Below, in pieces: positions 47,511-58,499 of a stretch of DNA of 64,000 nt. The stretch lies in NCBI GenBank assembly GCA_043228905.1, contig JBHGNT010000014.1, positions 9,300,001 to 9,364,000 on the forward strand, written 5' to 3'. Source of the DNA: Azolla caroliniana (taxonomy: Eukaryota > Plantae > Polypodiophyta). The notes beneath the pieces are model-generated. The model was not told the origin of the DNA, ran no database searches, and worked only from the letters and a program-made list of their open reading frames with translations. The number at the start of each line of letters is the position of its first letter. Within the stretch, counting starts at the first letter, position 1. A program made the position numbers and the translations under genes.

Positions 47511-50246
47511 ATGACATCCTCAAGCAACCAAGCGGAGAGTTCGAAAGGATGATGTTGATCGTCGAACAAATGATGAGATCTCGAGACAATGATGCGAGCA
47601 TGGAGAAGGTTGTCGACCGTGTCGTTGAGCTCGAGGATCAAGTTGATGGAAGGAACATTAAGAAGTTCCTTGATGCATATAGAAGGGAGATGAATCAAAG
47701 GGACGTGTCCGAAGCACGTCAAATCGCAAGCTTCAAGAGAGTTGTTGCCAACAACATCCAAAGACGTGTCATCGAGCTTCAAGAAGGGAAGACAACGTGG
47801 TCAGAGTTTGAGAAAGCAATATTAGCGGAGTTCGCGACGGAAGATTTGTGGAGGATGACTCGACATGCCTTGATGAAGTGGATAGAAAAGAAGAATAAGA
47901 AGATGAGAGCCTTGAGCGTGTACGACGAGTTCAACCAAATGTTTAGTCGTCTCCCCACCATAGACCAAGTACTACTTGAGGAAGACAAGACTTTGTACTT
48001 CTTGAAAGTTGTGGACATGAAGGATAGACGAGAGTTGGGGACTCTCGTTGAAGATGATACCCAAGCGAACGGGCTTGTGCCAGACTGGATTGCGGTGAAG
48101 CGGGCGTGCAATAGGCTCGACAAGCGTCGCCAATGGGTTGATGACACCGACTTGGCGGCCTTGACTGTCACGGAGAAAACGAGAAAACCGAAAGTAGTTG
48201 AGCTGCCCAAACAAAGTAACCCCGAACAAAAGAAGATTGATGACAACATCATCGAAGAATTGGCGAAGAAGTTCGAGATGGTTACGCTAGCCAACATGAA
48301 TCGTCGGGGGCCTAGAGGAAAAGAACCCATTAGATGCGTGTGGTGCGATGGCATGGACCACATGAGAAGAGATTATTCAAGCCTTCGAGATGTCATTCGA
48401 CAAAATATCGTGTACATAGATGACAACATGATCTGCTCGAGCGAGACTAGAAGACCCCTACGGGTGAATTTCGGAAGAGGAGGAATGAAGAAAGCTATGG
48501 AGGATGCCGATGCAACTCATGTGAATGCGATGCACTATGCGGCGTCGGCCGGAATAAGATTCGGGAAAGACAAGACTGAAGCTGCTAGAGCGGGAGCAAA
48601 GTTTTGAACTTCTGTTCTCGAATATGAGAAGAAGGGAAAAGTCACTTCGAACGAAGAAGAGCATGCGGATCGAAGTGTACAAAGTATAACCGGATGGTCG
48701 GATCCGGTGGATGACAACACCATACTCGTGGAGGTGATGTGCGACAACAACGAGGTGTTCGTTGAAGAAAAGAGAAAAAGAATAGAAGAGCAACCATGAT
48801 GCACTATGCTGCGTCGGCCGGAATAAGAGTCGGGAAAGACAAGACTGAAGCTGCTAGAGCGGGAGCAAAGTTTTGAACTTCCGTTCTCGAATATGAGAAG
48901 AAGGGAAAAGTCACTTCTAACGAAGAAGAGCATGCGGATCGAAGTGTACAAAGTATAACCGGATGGTCAGATCCGGTGGATGACAACACCATACTCGTGG
49001 AGGTGATGTGCGACAACAACGAGGTGTTCGTTGAAGAAAAGAGAAAAAGAATAGAAGAGCAACCACGATGCACTATGCTGCGTCGGCCGGAATAAGAGTC
49101 GGGAAAGACAAGACTGAAGCTGCTAGAGCGGGAGCAAAGTTTTGGACTTCCGTTCTCGAATATGAGAAGAAGGGAAAAGTCACTTCGAACGAAGAAGAGC
49201 TTGCATATCAAAGTGTACAAAGTATAACCGGATGGTCGGATCCGGTGGATGACAACACCATACTTGCGGAGGTGATGTGTGACAACCACAAGGTGTTCGT
49301 CGAAGAAAAGAGAAAAAGAATAAAAGAGCAAAGCCCATAAAAAAGACATGAAACAAGGAACGCGAAAAAGAAGGAAGATGCGGAGACAAGTCGAGCTTTA
49401 AAAATGGAGGAACGAGAATCAAGCCGAAAAGGAGAACCGAGCATACGAGTCGAAGAAACCGTACGACCCATGAAGGTTGGTGTCGAAGACCCCGCTCGGA
49501 GGACAAGGGCTATGCGTACCTATAAGCTAAGGTCGGACATAGAGCAGATGACGGAGCTAAAGAAGATTCTCGAAGAACGTGTTCTTGATAGCCACGTAAG
49601 TTTGTCCTTGAGGGAATTTCTTGGCATTACGAAGAAGGAGTTCCATGACACGATCGTGGACCTTGTAAAGAGAAAAAGACAACAATCGGACGAGGAAGAA
49701 GAGAAGCCGCAAAAAGCAAAACCAAATGCCATAATGATGGCAAGAGATGAAGTCGATGAAGATATGGTGGACAGCCACTATACTTGACCTCATTCGCCAT
49801 GAGCGACAATGGAGACGTCGGTGAAGATCAGGGAGAAGAAAGAGACCGTGGTAGCCTTGATCGACAACGGCTCGGAGATCAACCTCATGTCAACCGACTT
49901 CTACCAAAAAGGAAGATGGCCAATCAATACAAATCATGGATGGAAGATTCGCGCAGCAACAAAGACTATGGAGGACTTGTACGGAGCTTGTCCCAATGTT
50001 AAAGTCACGATCGGGGATGTGGAGATGGATCAACACTTCTTCATGCAAGAATCTGCGTCACATCTTGTCATCCTAGGAAAACCGTATATCACATCATCTC
50101 GGATGGAGACCAAAGTGTTGGATAATGGAGCAACCTTCGCACGAATAAAGAGTCTTGACAACCAAAGATTGGTCCAATTCCTAACGGTGCGAGCCAATCA
50201 TGAAAGGAATCGAGATAATCTTGGAGGCGAATCCTCGGATTTTTAG
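47511..50246 (+). pseudogene. Element K gag-protease
   Basis: ORFs 47549..48607, 49068..49340, 49404..49787 and 49809..50246, disrupted by stops and a tandem triplication. Confidence 0.82.
48530..49337 (+). repeat. Three tandem 269-bp copies inside K gag
   Basis: Units start ATGCACTATGC at 48530, 48799 and 49068. Confidence 0.95.
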
Positions 50247-50511
50247 AGCGGACCATTAAAACATGGGGCACAAATAGTCCGAGCAATCACAAGTCCCCAC
50301 AAGAAAGTAGAGCGCGTGGATTGCGAGGAGAAGCAACATGTGTCACACCTAGTGGCGCATGTAAACTAGTGCTACCCGACAAGAAGGACAAACATCGGAT
50401 ACAAAACTTCGAGAAGATGTTGAAAGAAGAAAACATAATAGAAGAAGAAGAGTTCGTGACTCATATTATGCAAGAAGCCTCATTTAATGACACCATCAGC
50501 GAAATCGAGGA

Positions 50512-50740
50512 CGTTCTAGAACATTCTAGAATGATCTAGAGTGTTTACAATAATCAACGTAATATAGAAAGTAGCTTTTATCTTCTCATATGACAGTAAG
50601 TTATCTTAATGGTTGAGGTTTTGAACTATGGATTACAAGGTTTGAGGTTTAAGTCCTAGTGACACCATAATGGTCATGTGTTCATGGCACAGTCTTGGAT
50701 TCAAGTCCAAGTGAAGCATAATGTTCACGCATTCATGACA
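50512..50740 (-). repeat. Partial LTR (U3 end) of chromovirus C family
   Basis: Homologous to about 10776-10994, ends CATGACA. Confidence 0.85.
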
Positions 50741-51244
50741 CCAACCGTTTCGATTTAGTAAGAGGATAAGTGGATTTAGTATGAAGGCAGAGGAGGAATA
50801 AGAGGATGAGAAATTCAGTTCAAACTATCAAGAATAATACTGAGACAAAGAGGAAATTAGTACTAAGAGGAGAAGTCAGTGTAGAACACTCGCAAGAAGG
50901 AGAGAGATAGAGTGAGAGAGAGAGAGAGAGAATGATGATAACAAAAGATATATTATATGAAAAGAATATACAAGGATAGCTAGGAGGCTTAAGACTGGCG
51001 TTGAACTGAATTGGTTCTCAATAATGCCATGTGCCTCTTTTTATAGTATGCTTAGGAGTACACTTGATGTTTCTAGAATGTTCCCGAGAAAGCTAGAATA
51101 TACATCGATTTCCAAAATGAAATAATAAATGGAAATAATATTTTTTGTATTACAATGTATAGCTTAATGTTAAGGCTCCCCCCAATGGGACATAAAGTCA
51201 TGGGTTCGAATCCATCTGAAGCCATACCATGCTATATCATGACA
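50741..51244 (-). mobile_element. LTR (50826-51244) and leader of element D, related to B
   Basis: Same layout as the B LTR: TGTCATG start, TATA, TTCAACGCCAGTC, end TGATA followed by GTTTGAAC. Confidence 0.7.
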
Positions 51245-52009
51245 CAAATCGTCCATCAATCAAATTATTGAGGACATGCTCCGTGCATATTGATGAAGAG
51301 AGAGAGAAAAAAGATAGAGAAGAGAAGAGGAAGAAAAATAATACTTCAATATACTATAATCCTCTTAGACAACAAGAGGAACAACCCCAAATAACTACTT
51401 CAATATACTATTACTAAAATAGTCTTTTTGCCTTCTCTCTTTCTTCTACTAATCGTCTTCCCACTTCTTCTAATCTTCTTCTTCTTCTTCCTCACTTCTT
51501 CTTCTTCACTTCTTCTTGTAGATCTTCTATCCTTCCTTGTAGATATTCTATTCTTCCTCCCTCCTATTGCTAAGAATACCCTCATATTTATAGGTTTCTA
51601 GTTGCGTTATTCTTGCTTTTTCTTTTCTTTTCTTTTACATATGCTCGAGTTTATGTGATGCATTTTTCATATCACTATTTCTATTCTATGTTTCTAAATT
51701 TATCATAAAGAAAGCTCTCTTTGTTAGCTTTCTTATGAATCTTTTTTTTGAAATTTGAATAAGAGATGTAGAAGTTATGAGCTTTTTTCTCTGTCCTGCT
51801 TTCTCTGCCTTATTATGCGTTTTTTTCCTTCTATCTTTTCTCTTGCTTTTTCTACTTTTGAAAAACGCCTCTAACTTCATATCCCTTCAATTTTCTTCTT
51901 CTCTTAACTCTTGAGCCTTTCACATTGTGCTTTATTCTTATAGAGCTTAGTATTCGATGTATTTGCCACGGTCTTTTCTTACAATAAAAATTGACTTCAC
52001 ACATATGTT

Positions 52010-53173
52010 GTTACAAAACCAACAAAATGGGAACATTATCTCCAAATTTTGGAGTTTGCTTATAACAACTCCAAGCATACATCGACGGGATATAGTCCTT
52101 TTATGATGATGTATGGTTTTCAGCCACAAGCCCCGATTGATATTAATATACATCATGATGGGTTGCGAAGTAAGCAAAACTTTCTTCGGGATATGCAAGA
52201 TATGTTGCATATTGCACGAGAAAGTATAAAAAACAGCTCAAGATAGAGTGTGTTTTTATGCCGATCATAATAGGTAACCTCTTGTATTCAACCCTGGATA
52301 GAAAGTATTTTTACGTGTACCTCACAATTCTAAGACATTGTCTATGGGTAAGTGCAGTAAGTTAGCCCCACAATTTTGTTGACCTTTGATAGTCCTCAAA
52401 TGCATTGGTTCATCAACCTATCGTCTCGCTCTTCTTGATGGCATTGAAATCCATCCAGTTTTTCATGTAAGTGTCTAAAAGAACTTCTTGGTTCCGGCAA
52501 CAATAAAGTGACAACTGAAACTCTGGTTACTTCTGAAGAATTATCTTCTAAACCACATGTACCAGAAAGAATTCTCGATGTTAAAACAAGAAATTTGAGT
52601 TCTAAAATAATCCGAGAATTTAAAATTAAATGGATGGATAAGTCTATAAAAGATGCCATATCGAAACGTGAAAATATTCTTAGAACTAACTTCCCTAACT
52701 TTCCATTGCAAGAGAGCAATGTTTTAAAGAGGGGGAGTATGTTACATGCATCACCATATAATATCCCGTGGTGAGAATTTACCGTAGTATTCTATACATG
52801 TGGAGAAAGTGTGAGGATTAAACGCGAGTGTAAAGAAGGGGAGGATTACTTTTAATCCTCGAGATTGAGACAACCCATTAGGCAAAGTGTGAACTTGCCA
52901 AGGGGCCTTAGGTCTGGCTATAAATATGAGGCCTAACTACTGTCATTTGAGACATTATCAACTACGTCGAGACTCTGACATTGTGGTGGGTCAACTCTTG
53001 TAGCGAGTGTGTCAGCACCAGGTATGACTCGACGCCACACCAGTGGTATGGGACGATGATCGAGGCTTGACTCCGTCTTGATCCCTTCACTTGGGGGTAA
53101 TCGGGTGGATCAGCACCCTTCATTCTCTCTCTCCTTTCCTATTAATTTATTTTATCCTTATCATAAGCTTACA
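52010..53173 (+). mobile_element. 3' end of chromovirus M: integrase C-terminus, chromodomain, PPT, LTR 52740-53173
   Basis: EFAYNNSKHTSTGYSPF, IHPVFHVS, PERILDVK..FKIKWMD. PPT AAGAGGGGGAG is followed by TGTTACA; probable LTR end CTTACA. Confidence 0.8.
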
Positions 53174-53194
53174 TTAGTAGCTAAGCTCTAACAT

Positions 53195-54580
53195 TAGGTA
53201 CGTCGATTCCAGATGTTTCAACCACATGAAGAACCATGAAGAATGGTTCTCCTTTCTTGAGAAACCGAAATAGACATGAGTTGTCGAGACTAGCAACAAA
53301 ACCATGCATCCCATCATACAGGTGGGTGACGTACCATTCAAACATGTTGGACAGAAGGGGCTGATGTGGAATGTGCTGCATGTCTTGATGATTGCAAAAA
53401 CTTGGTATCTATCAGACAAATCGTTGATCAAGGCATGCATATACAATTCAATCACCACAGTTGCTTCATTGAAGACATGGGTCGGCTTATCGCGCGTGGG
53501 CATAGGGACAAGAGGATGTTCATCCTTGAGACAAATGATGTTGACACCGCAATGTTTGCAAAAGGATAGAAGGTTGAATCCTACATCGACCTGTAGCACA
53601 AGCAGGTCGACCACATCAATTTTCCGAAGCCTCAAGAACTACAGTCGAAACAGGTGGTATTCGGATTGCTGAAATTCAGTGGCCGGAAAGGCCAAGTATG
53701 TGAAGCTTGTCTACTCGGGAAGCGACATAGGCTTCCATTCCCTAATGAGAAGAATCGGAACCACATTCGGCTCGATCTAATCCACACAAATGTATGGGGA
53801 CCGGCAAGTTGTGTGAGCAAAGGGAGGAACTGATACTTTGTCTCCTTCATAGACGATTTTAGCCGACACACTTGTTTCTACCTAATAGCGAACAAGAGCA
53901 AAGTCTTCTCATGTTTCCAAGATTTAAAGAATCTTTTCAAACGAGAAACTAAGAGGAAGATCGAGTCTCTAAGATCGGATGGTGGAAAAGAATACTTTTC
54001 TAGCCAGTTCAAGAGTTATCTACAGAAAAAAGAAATCCGGAGGGAGTTCTCCTACAGATACACGTTGGAGTAGAACGGTGTGGCCGAACAACGGAACTGG
54101 ACAATGGTGGAAGCGGCCATGGCAATGCTGGAGGAGAAGAGCATGCCCAGGATCTATTGGGCCGAAGTGATTTGGATGGCCGTCTATATACAGAATTTGA
54201 TTTCTGCCTCTAAAACAAAGGTGTCACCACACGAGTTGTATTTCGTGAAGAAGCCAAACCTAGCGCACCTTAGTGTGTTCAGTAGGTAGCATTACATACG
54301 TGCATATACTAGACAAGAGATGAAGGAAGTTGAATGCCAAGGCCGAGAATTATATCTTCATAGGCTACTGGCATGAGCAGGGGTACACGTGCTACAACCC
54401 CCGGATGAAACAAGTATGGGCGTTCAGTAGCTAGCATTACATACGTGCATACACTAGATAAGAGAAGACGGAAGCTGGATGCGAAGGTTGAGAATTATAT
54501 CTTGATCGGCTACTCGCACAAACAGAAGGGGTACAAGTGCTACAACCCCCGAACGAAACAAGTATGGGTGAGCCGTAATG
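53195..54580 (+). pseudogene. Copia A-family fragment: protease, GAG-pre-integrase, integrase core
   Basis: YVDSRCFNHM, LIHTNVWGP, FIDDFSR, LRSDGGKEY, NGVAEQRN. Tandem duplication of about 146 bp at 54277-54568. Confidence 0.85.
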
Positions 54581-55312
54581 TGTCACAGACATGACAACAA
54601 TCATGTCAAGATTTGAACCCTTGACCTCTTGTATTATGGTCAAGTGTTATGTTCTAACCAATACATCTAAATACATAGTCATATTATGTATATCTTGGTA
54701 GATTATTAGTAGAATATCTATTTCAAGTTCTAGGAGTTTTTAGAAAGTTCTAGATCTAGAAGGTTCTAGAATATTCTCCAAAATATTCTAATGCATGTAC
54801 TTCAGCTCATAGTATAAATACTTGGAACCTCCTTGGTCCCTTTCAGGGGATTCAACACCAGTCATTGACACATCAATCTATTATTCTCATTTCGCCCCAT
54901 CTTGTCTCCTTAATCTTTATCTCTGTCTTCATGCTCTCATGTCGCTCCCAGCTTCTTAAGTTCCACACTCTTAGCCCCATCATCCATGCTCCGTCCGAAT
55001 CCGCGATTGGCGTGTTTGTGACAGTTTGAATCCCTTAAAAGGGACAAAGGAGGCTACAAGTGTTTATATTGTGAGCTGAATTACATGCAGTAGAATATTG
55101 TACAGAATATTTGGGAGAATATTCTAGAACCCTCTAGTTCTAGAACTTTCTAAAAACTCCTAGAACTTGGAATAGACAATCTATTAATAATCTAACAATG
55201 ATAATATATAATGACCATGTATTTGGATGTGTTGGTTAGAATATAACACTTGATTATAATACAAGAGGTTAAGAGTTCGAATCTTGACATAACTGTTGTC
55301 ATGTCTGTGATA
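54581..55312 (+). mobile_element. LTR E (54581-55023) fused to an inverted U3 copy (55026-55312)
   Basis: TGTCA..TGACA LTR with TATA at 54813. 55026-55312 is the reverse complement of 54581-54855 with scattered differences. Confidence 0.85.
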
Positions 55313-55319
55313 CTTCTTT

Positions 55320-56438
55320 GCTTTAGCCTTTTCAAACTTGACCTTGACACCACCATCACCAAAGCTCTTTGTAAGTGGAATCCTAGTTTCAATTAAGTAA
55401 ATCTTACGATTTTTCCAAAAGATTAAGTCTCAATTTACCATGTCTTTATTTTCATTGATGTTCCAAACTATTACACCACATGCATCGAGGTCGAAATGGT
55501 TCCCTTGACCTTGAAGTTTGACCATTATCAAGACTTGCTCCTTTAATTCTTAAATCTTTCATACTTTGAACTAAATCATCAAGCAAATACTCACTCTTAG
55601 TTCCAATCACTTCTCGTTATTGGTGCACTATTTTGTATGATGGTTATTGTCCAATCTTTGAACTTTGATCTTTTACTCGAGCCGATTCATGATTCCCACA
55701 TGTGATGTTCGTACAGTTGCATCATTCCCTTGCATTCTTTTCATAAATTTATTACAATAATTTGTTACCTTATTCCAATCAACAGTTATACCATCTTCGA
55801 TATTTGGAACCTGAGGCATAAGCTCCAACTCCTTTCTATATCTCCTGTAAAAAATAAAGCAACATTTTTCCAAGACAATGAAATTCTTTCTTCTAGCTCT
55901 AAGTTTCCATAAAATCTAACAAACTCCTTTCTATATCATCTATTTCTATACCTACAAAAATAAAGCAACATTTTGCCAAGACAATGACTTTCTTTCTTCT
56001 AGCTCTAAGATTCCATACAATCTATCAAACTCCTTTCTTATGTTAGCCACAAATAATCCTTTATCCTCTTTTATGACCCATTTACGAAATGAACACATAG
56101 TAACTCGAGAGAAGTCTTCACGCGCATATGTTGAGCGAGCAAGCTCAACTAGATCCGGATCAGCATCCGGAAGGATGGGCCGGATCGGTATCCAGAAACA
56201 ACCGGCCGGATCAGGGAGACGTATCGGAGAGCCGGATTCGAGCGGGAATCAGAAGCCTAGTAGTAGCCTAGACTACTAGGTAATCATTGTCTCGTAGTTA
56301 GTGTCAGTCGCATGTAGGAATATTGAAGTACCTGTCAGTACTTCTGTTAGTCCTATATGGACTTTTATAAATAGTGTTGTTTAGCACGTTGTATGTACAG
56401 AGTTTTCAGAGTGATATTTTGAATTGAATTTATGTTCT

Positions 56439-56506
<68 letters not shown>

Positions 56507-58190
56507 GCGTATACTCTCTGTGTATTAAGGTTCTCCATTAAACCTTCATCTTATTCTCTGTTGCTATCCGGTTAAGCCGGTTTTGTCTAACGCTTCCACA
56601 CGTTTAGATTCACACATATTCCAACACAAGTGCTTCTTTGCATGCATTCCAATCCAAATTATGCAATCTTTGTAGTTCACAAATTTTAGCTCTTAATTCC
56701 ATGTCCACTAATTTATAAAAGTTTTATGTCGTATTTACATCATTCACACCAGACATTTCCATTTCATCAGTGCCACCAAACACATCAATCGTATGTGTTA
56801 CTACCCTCTCGGCAGTACACAAGTCGGATACGTACCCTATCAAGGATATTGTGGTTGGAGAGATGGGTTTATAATTAAACACTCGTAAATTTATAGATAA
56901 CTTAACTATATGAATTAATCTGTCTTGATTGGCTATATTGAGATAACTATTTTACTATTTGAATCGGCCATAACTGATCAACTTAAACAAGTAAATTACG
57001 AAACACAATTATAATAAACAAATTGTACTCATACTTGCCAAATTGTTTGCGCTTCACTTCAAATGTGTCTTGGTGTTGCTCACACAGAAGCGTAGCAGTT
57101 TCTTGAACAGAAGATAACATGAAAGTGAGGAAGGAATCACTATGACTTTGGATGGAAGAGATGGAAAGAGTACAAATGTAGTAAAGAGAGATTAATGGGA
57201 AATTAGGGAATAAGATTAAAACAATATTTGAGAGAATGTAAGAAATTTATAATGTTTTCATGAAAGAGGTTACGAAAAAGGTAATTACCATAAAGCTTAC
57301 TATAATCATTGAATCGATGCAAGGTAATTACTACAAAGTGTGTTTTTCAAGGATAAAACTTAAACCTTCACCCTTTAGAAGAAAATTGAGCATCACAACC
57401 ATTACACTAGTTCTTTTCTATCTATTTATAATATTTACCTTCTTTTCTTGTATCTAGCTCTCTGAATATATCTCACTATATTTTCCTTCACATATCTTAC
57501 CATTTTATTTTTTTGATATCCCTTCTGAGGACACTCCCTTCTCCTTCAATAATAAAGGGACACTCTAGCATATGTGCCATGTGCACATGTAGAGAGGGTC
57601 TTGCATGTGTGCTTCTCCTTTTATAGTAAAGGGATGCTCGAACATGTGTGCCATGTGGTGCACATGTAGAGAGGCTCTTGCATGTGTGCTATATGGTGCA
57701 CATGCAATACATTGCTTGGTAGATACTATATATCCTATTTGAGGATACCCCATTCTCTTTTGATTGTGAAGGGACATTCTAGCATGTGTGCTATGTGGTG
57801 CACATGTAGAGAGGCTCTTACATGTGTGCTATATAGTGCACATGCAAGACATTGCTTGGTATATGCTATATAATTTTAGTTCATATAATATAATGTATAA
57901 ATTAAGATATTTACATTTTTATATGTATATTATGAACGTTTGATAAATGGTAAGCTTTGAGGTTCAAAATGTGGAGATTGAATGTTCAAATACTCTTCAC
58001 TTTCATAATGATCTTTGCTTCATTTGCCTTTTCATATATATAAATAATATAATATGAATATAGCTATCATGGTGCTCTATGCTAAATCATTGATACAACT
58101 TTTACTTATATATAATCAAGCTTAATATTATTTTAGTTATGTATTTATCTTTTGTGGATTTACATCCTGAAATCTTCTTACTTCACGACA
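55320..58190 (-). mobile_element. Old K/F-related element L: LTR starting at 58190 and degenerate gag (about 56800-55600)
   Basis: Minus start TGTCGTGAAG like K, with CACATG/CATGTG repeats at 57565-57870. The gag WNACKEALVLEYAREDFSRVTM..GITVDWNKVTNYCNKFMKR aligns with the K gag. Confidence 0.65.
56129..56614 (+). mobile_element. Solo LTR related to Copia A, with (CT)n tract at 56440-56503
   Basis: TGTTGAG..CAAGCTCAAC start, ATTGAAGTAC.TGTCAGTACTTCTG shared with the A LTR, ends TTCACA. CATA on both flanks. The L gag reads through when it is removed. Confidence 0.82.
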
Positions 58191-58499
58191 CTAGGACTAA
58201 TAACCTCCGTCGTGCTTGAGACAAAAAGATTAGATTGAGGGTCATCATCAGTATAGACCTAAAGAGAGTCTACCTTCACTCTAACTGACCAATCCTTAGG
58301 TATCATTGAGCAATCAGAATGTTTCACACCATGTATTACTTTGACCTAGAGTTACATCAGTAATACACCCATACAAAATGAAAGTGTGAGATGCTCAAGC
58401 ATGAGGCCAAGAGCACGGCCTCGTGTGACAACTCGGATAAGTCACTTTGTCGATCGACAACAAGTATGGTGTGCCTATAATGAGAACTCTAAGAGTAGA

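Larger units (their letters stand above)
46388..50511 (+). mobile_element. Ty3/gypsy element K (tRNA-Trp PBS), 5' half only: LTR 46388-47438, gag-protease, start of pol
   Basis: TGTCGTG..CACGACA LTR. PBS TGGTGAACCCGATGTG at 47447-47462. gag with CVWCDGMDH, protease LIDNGSEIN..VILGKPY. Truncated at a C-family LTR piece. Confidence 0.85.

Noticed and set aside
51160-51215. Functional tRNA genes at the tRNA-like cassettes
   Set aside because: Acceptor and anticodon stems do not pair fully and all copies sit inside LTRs; reported as mimics instead.
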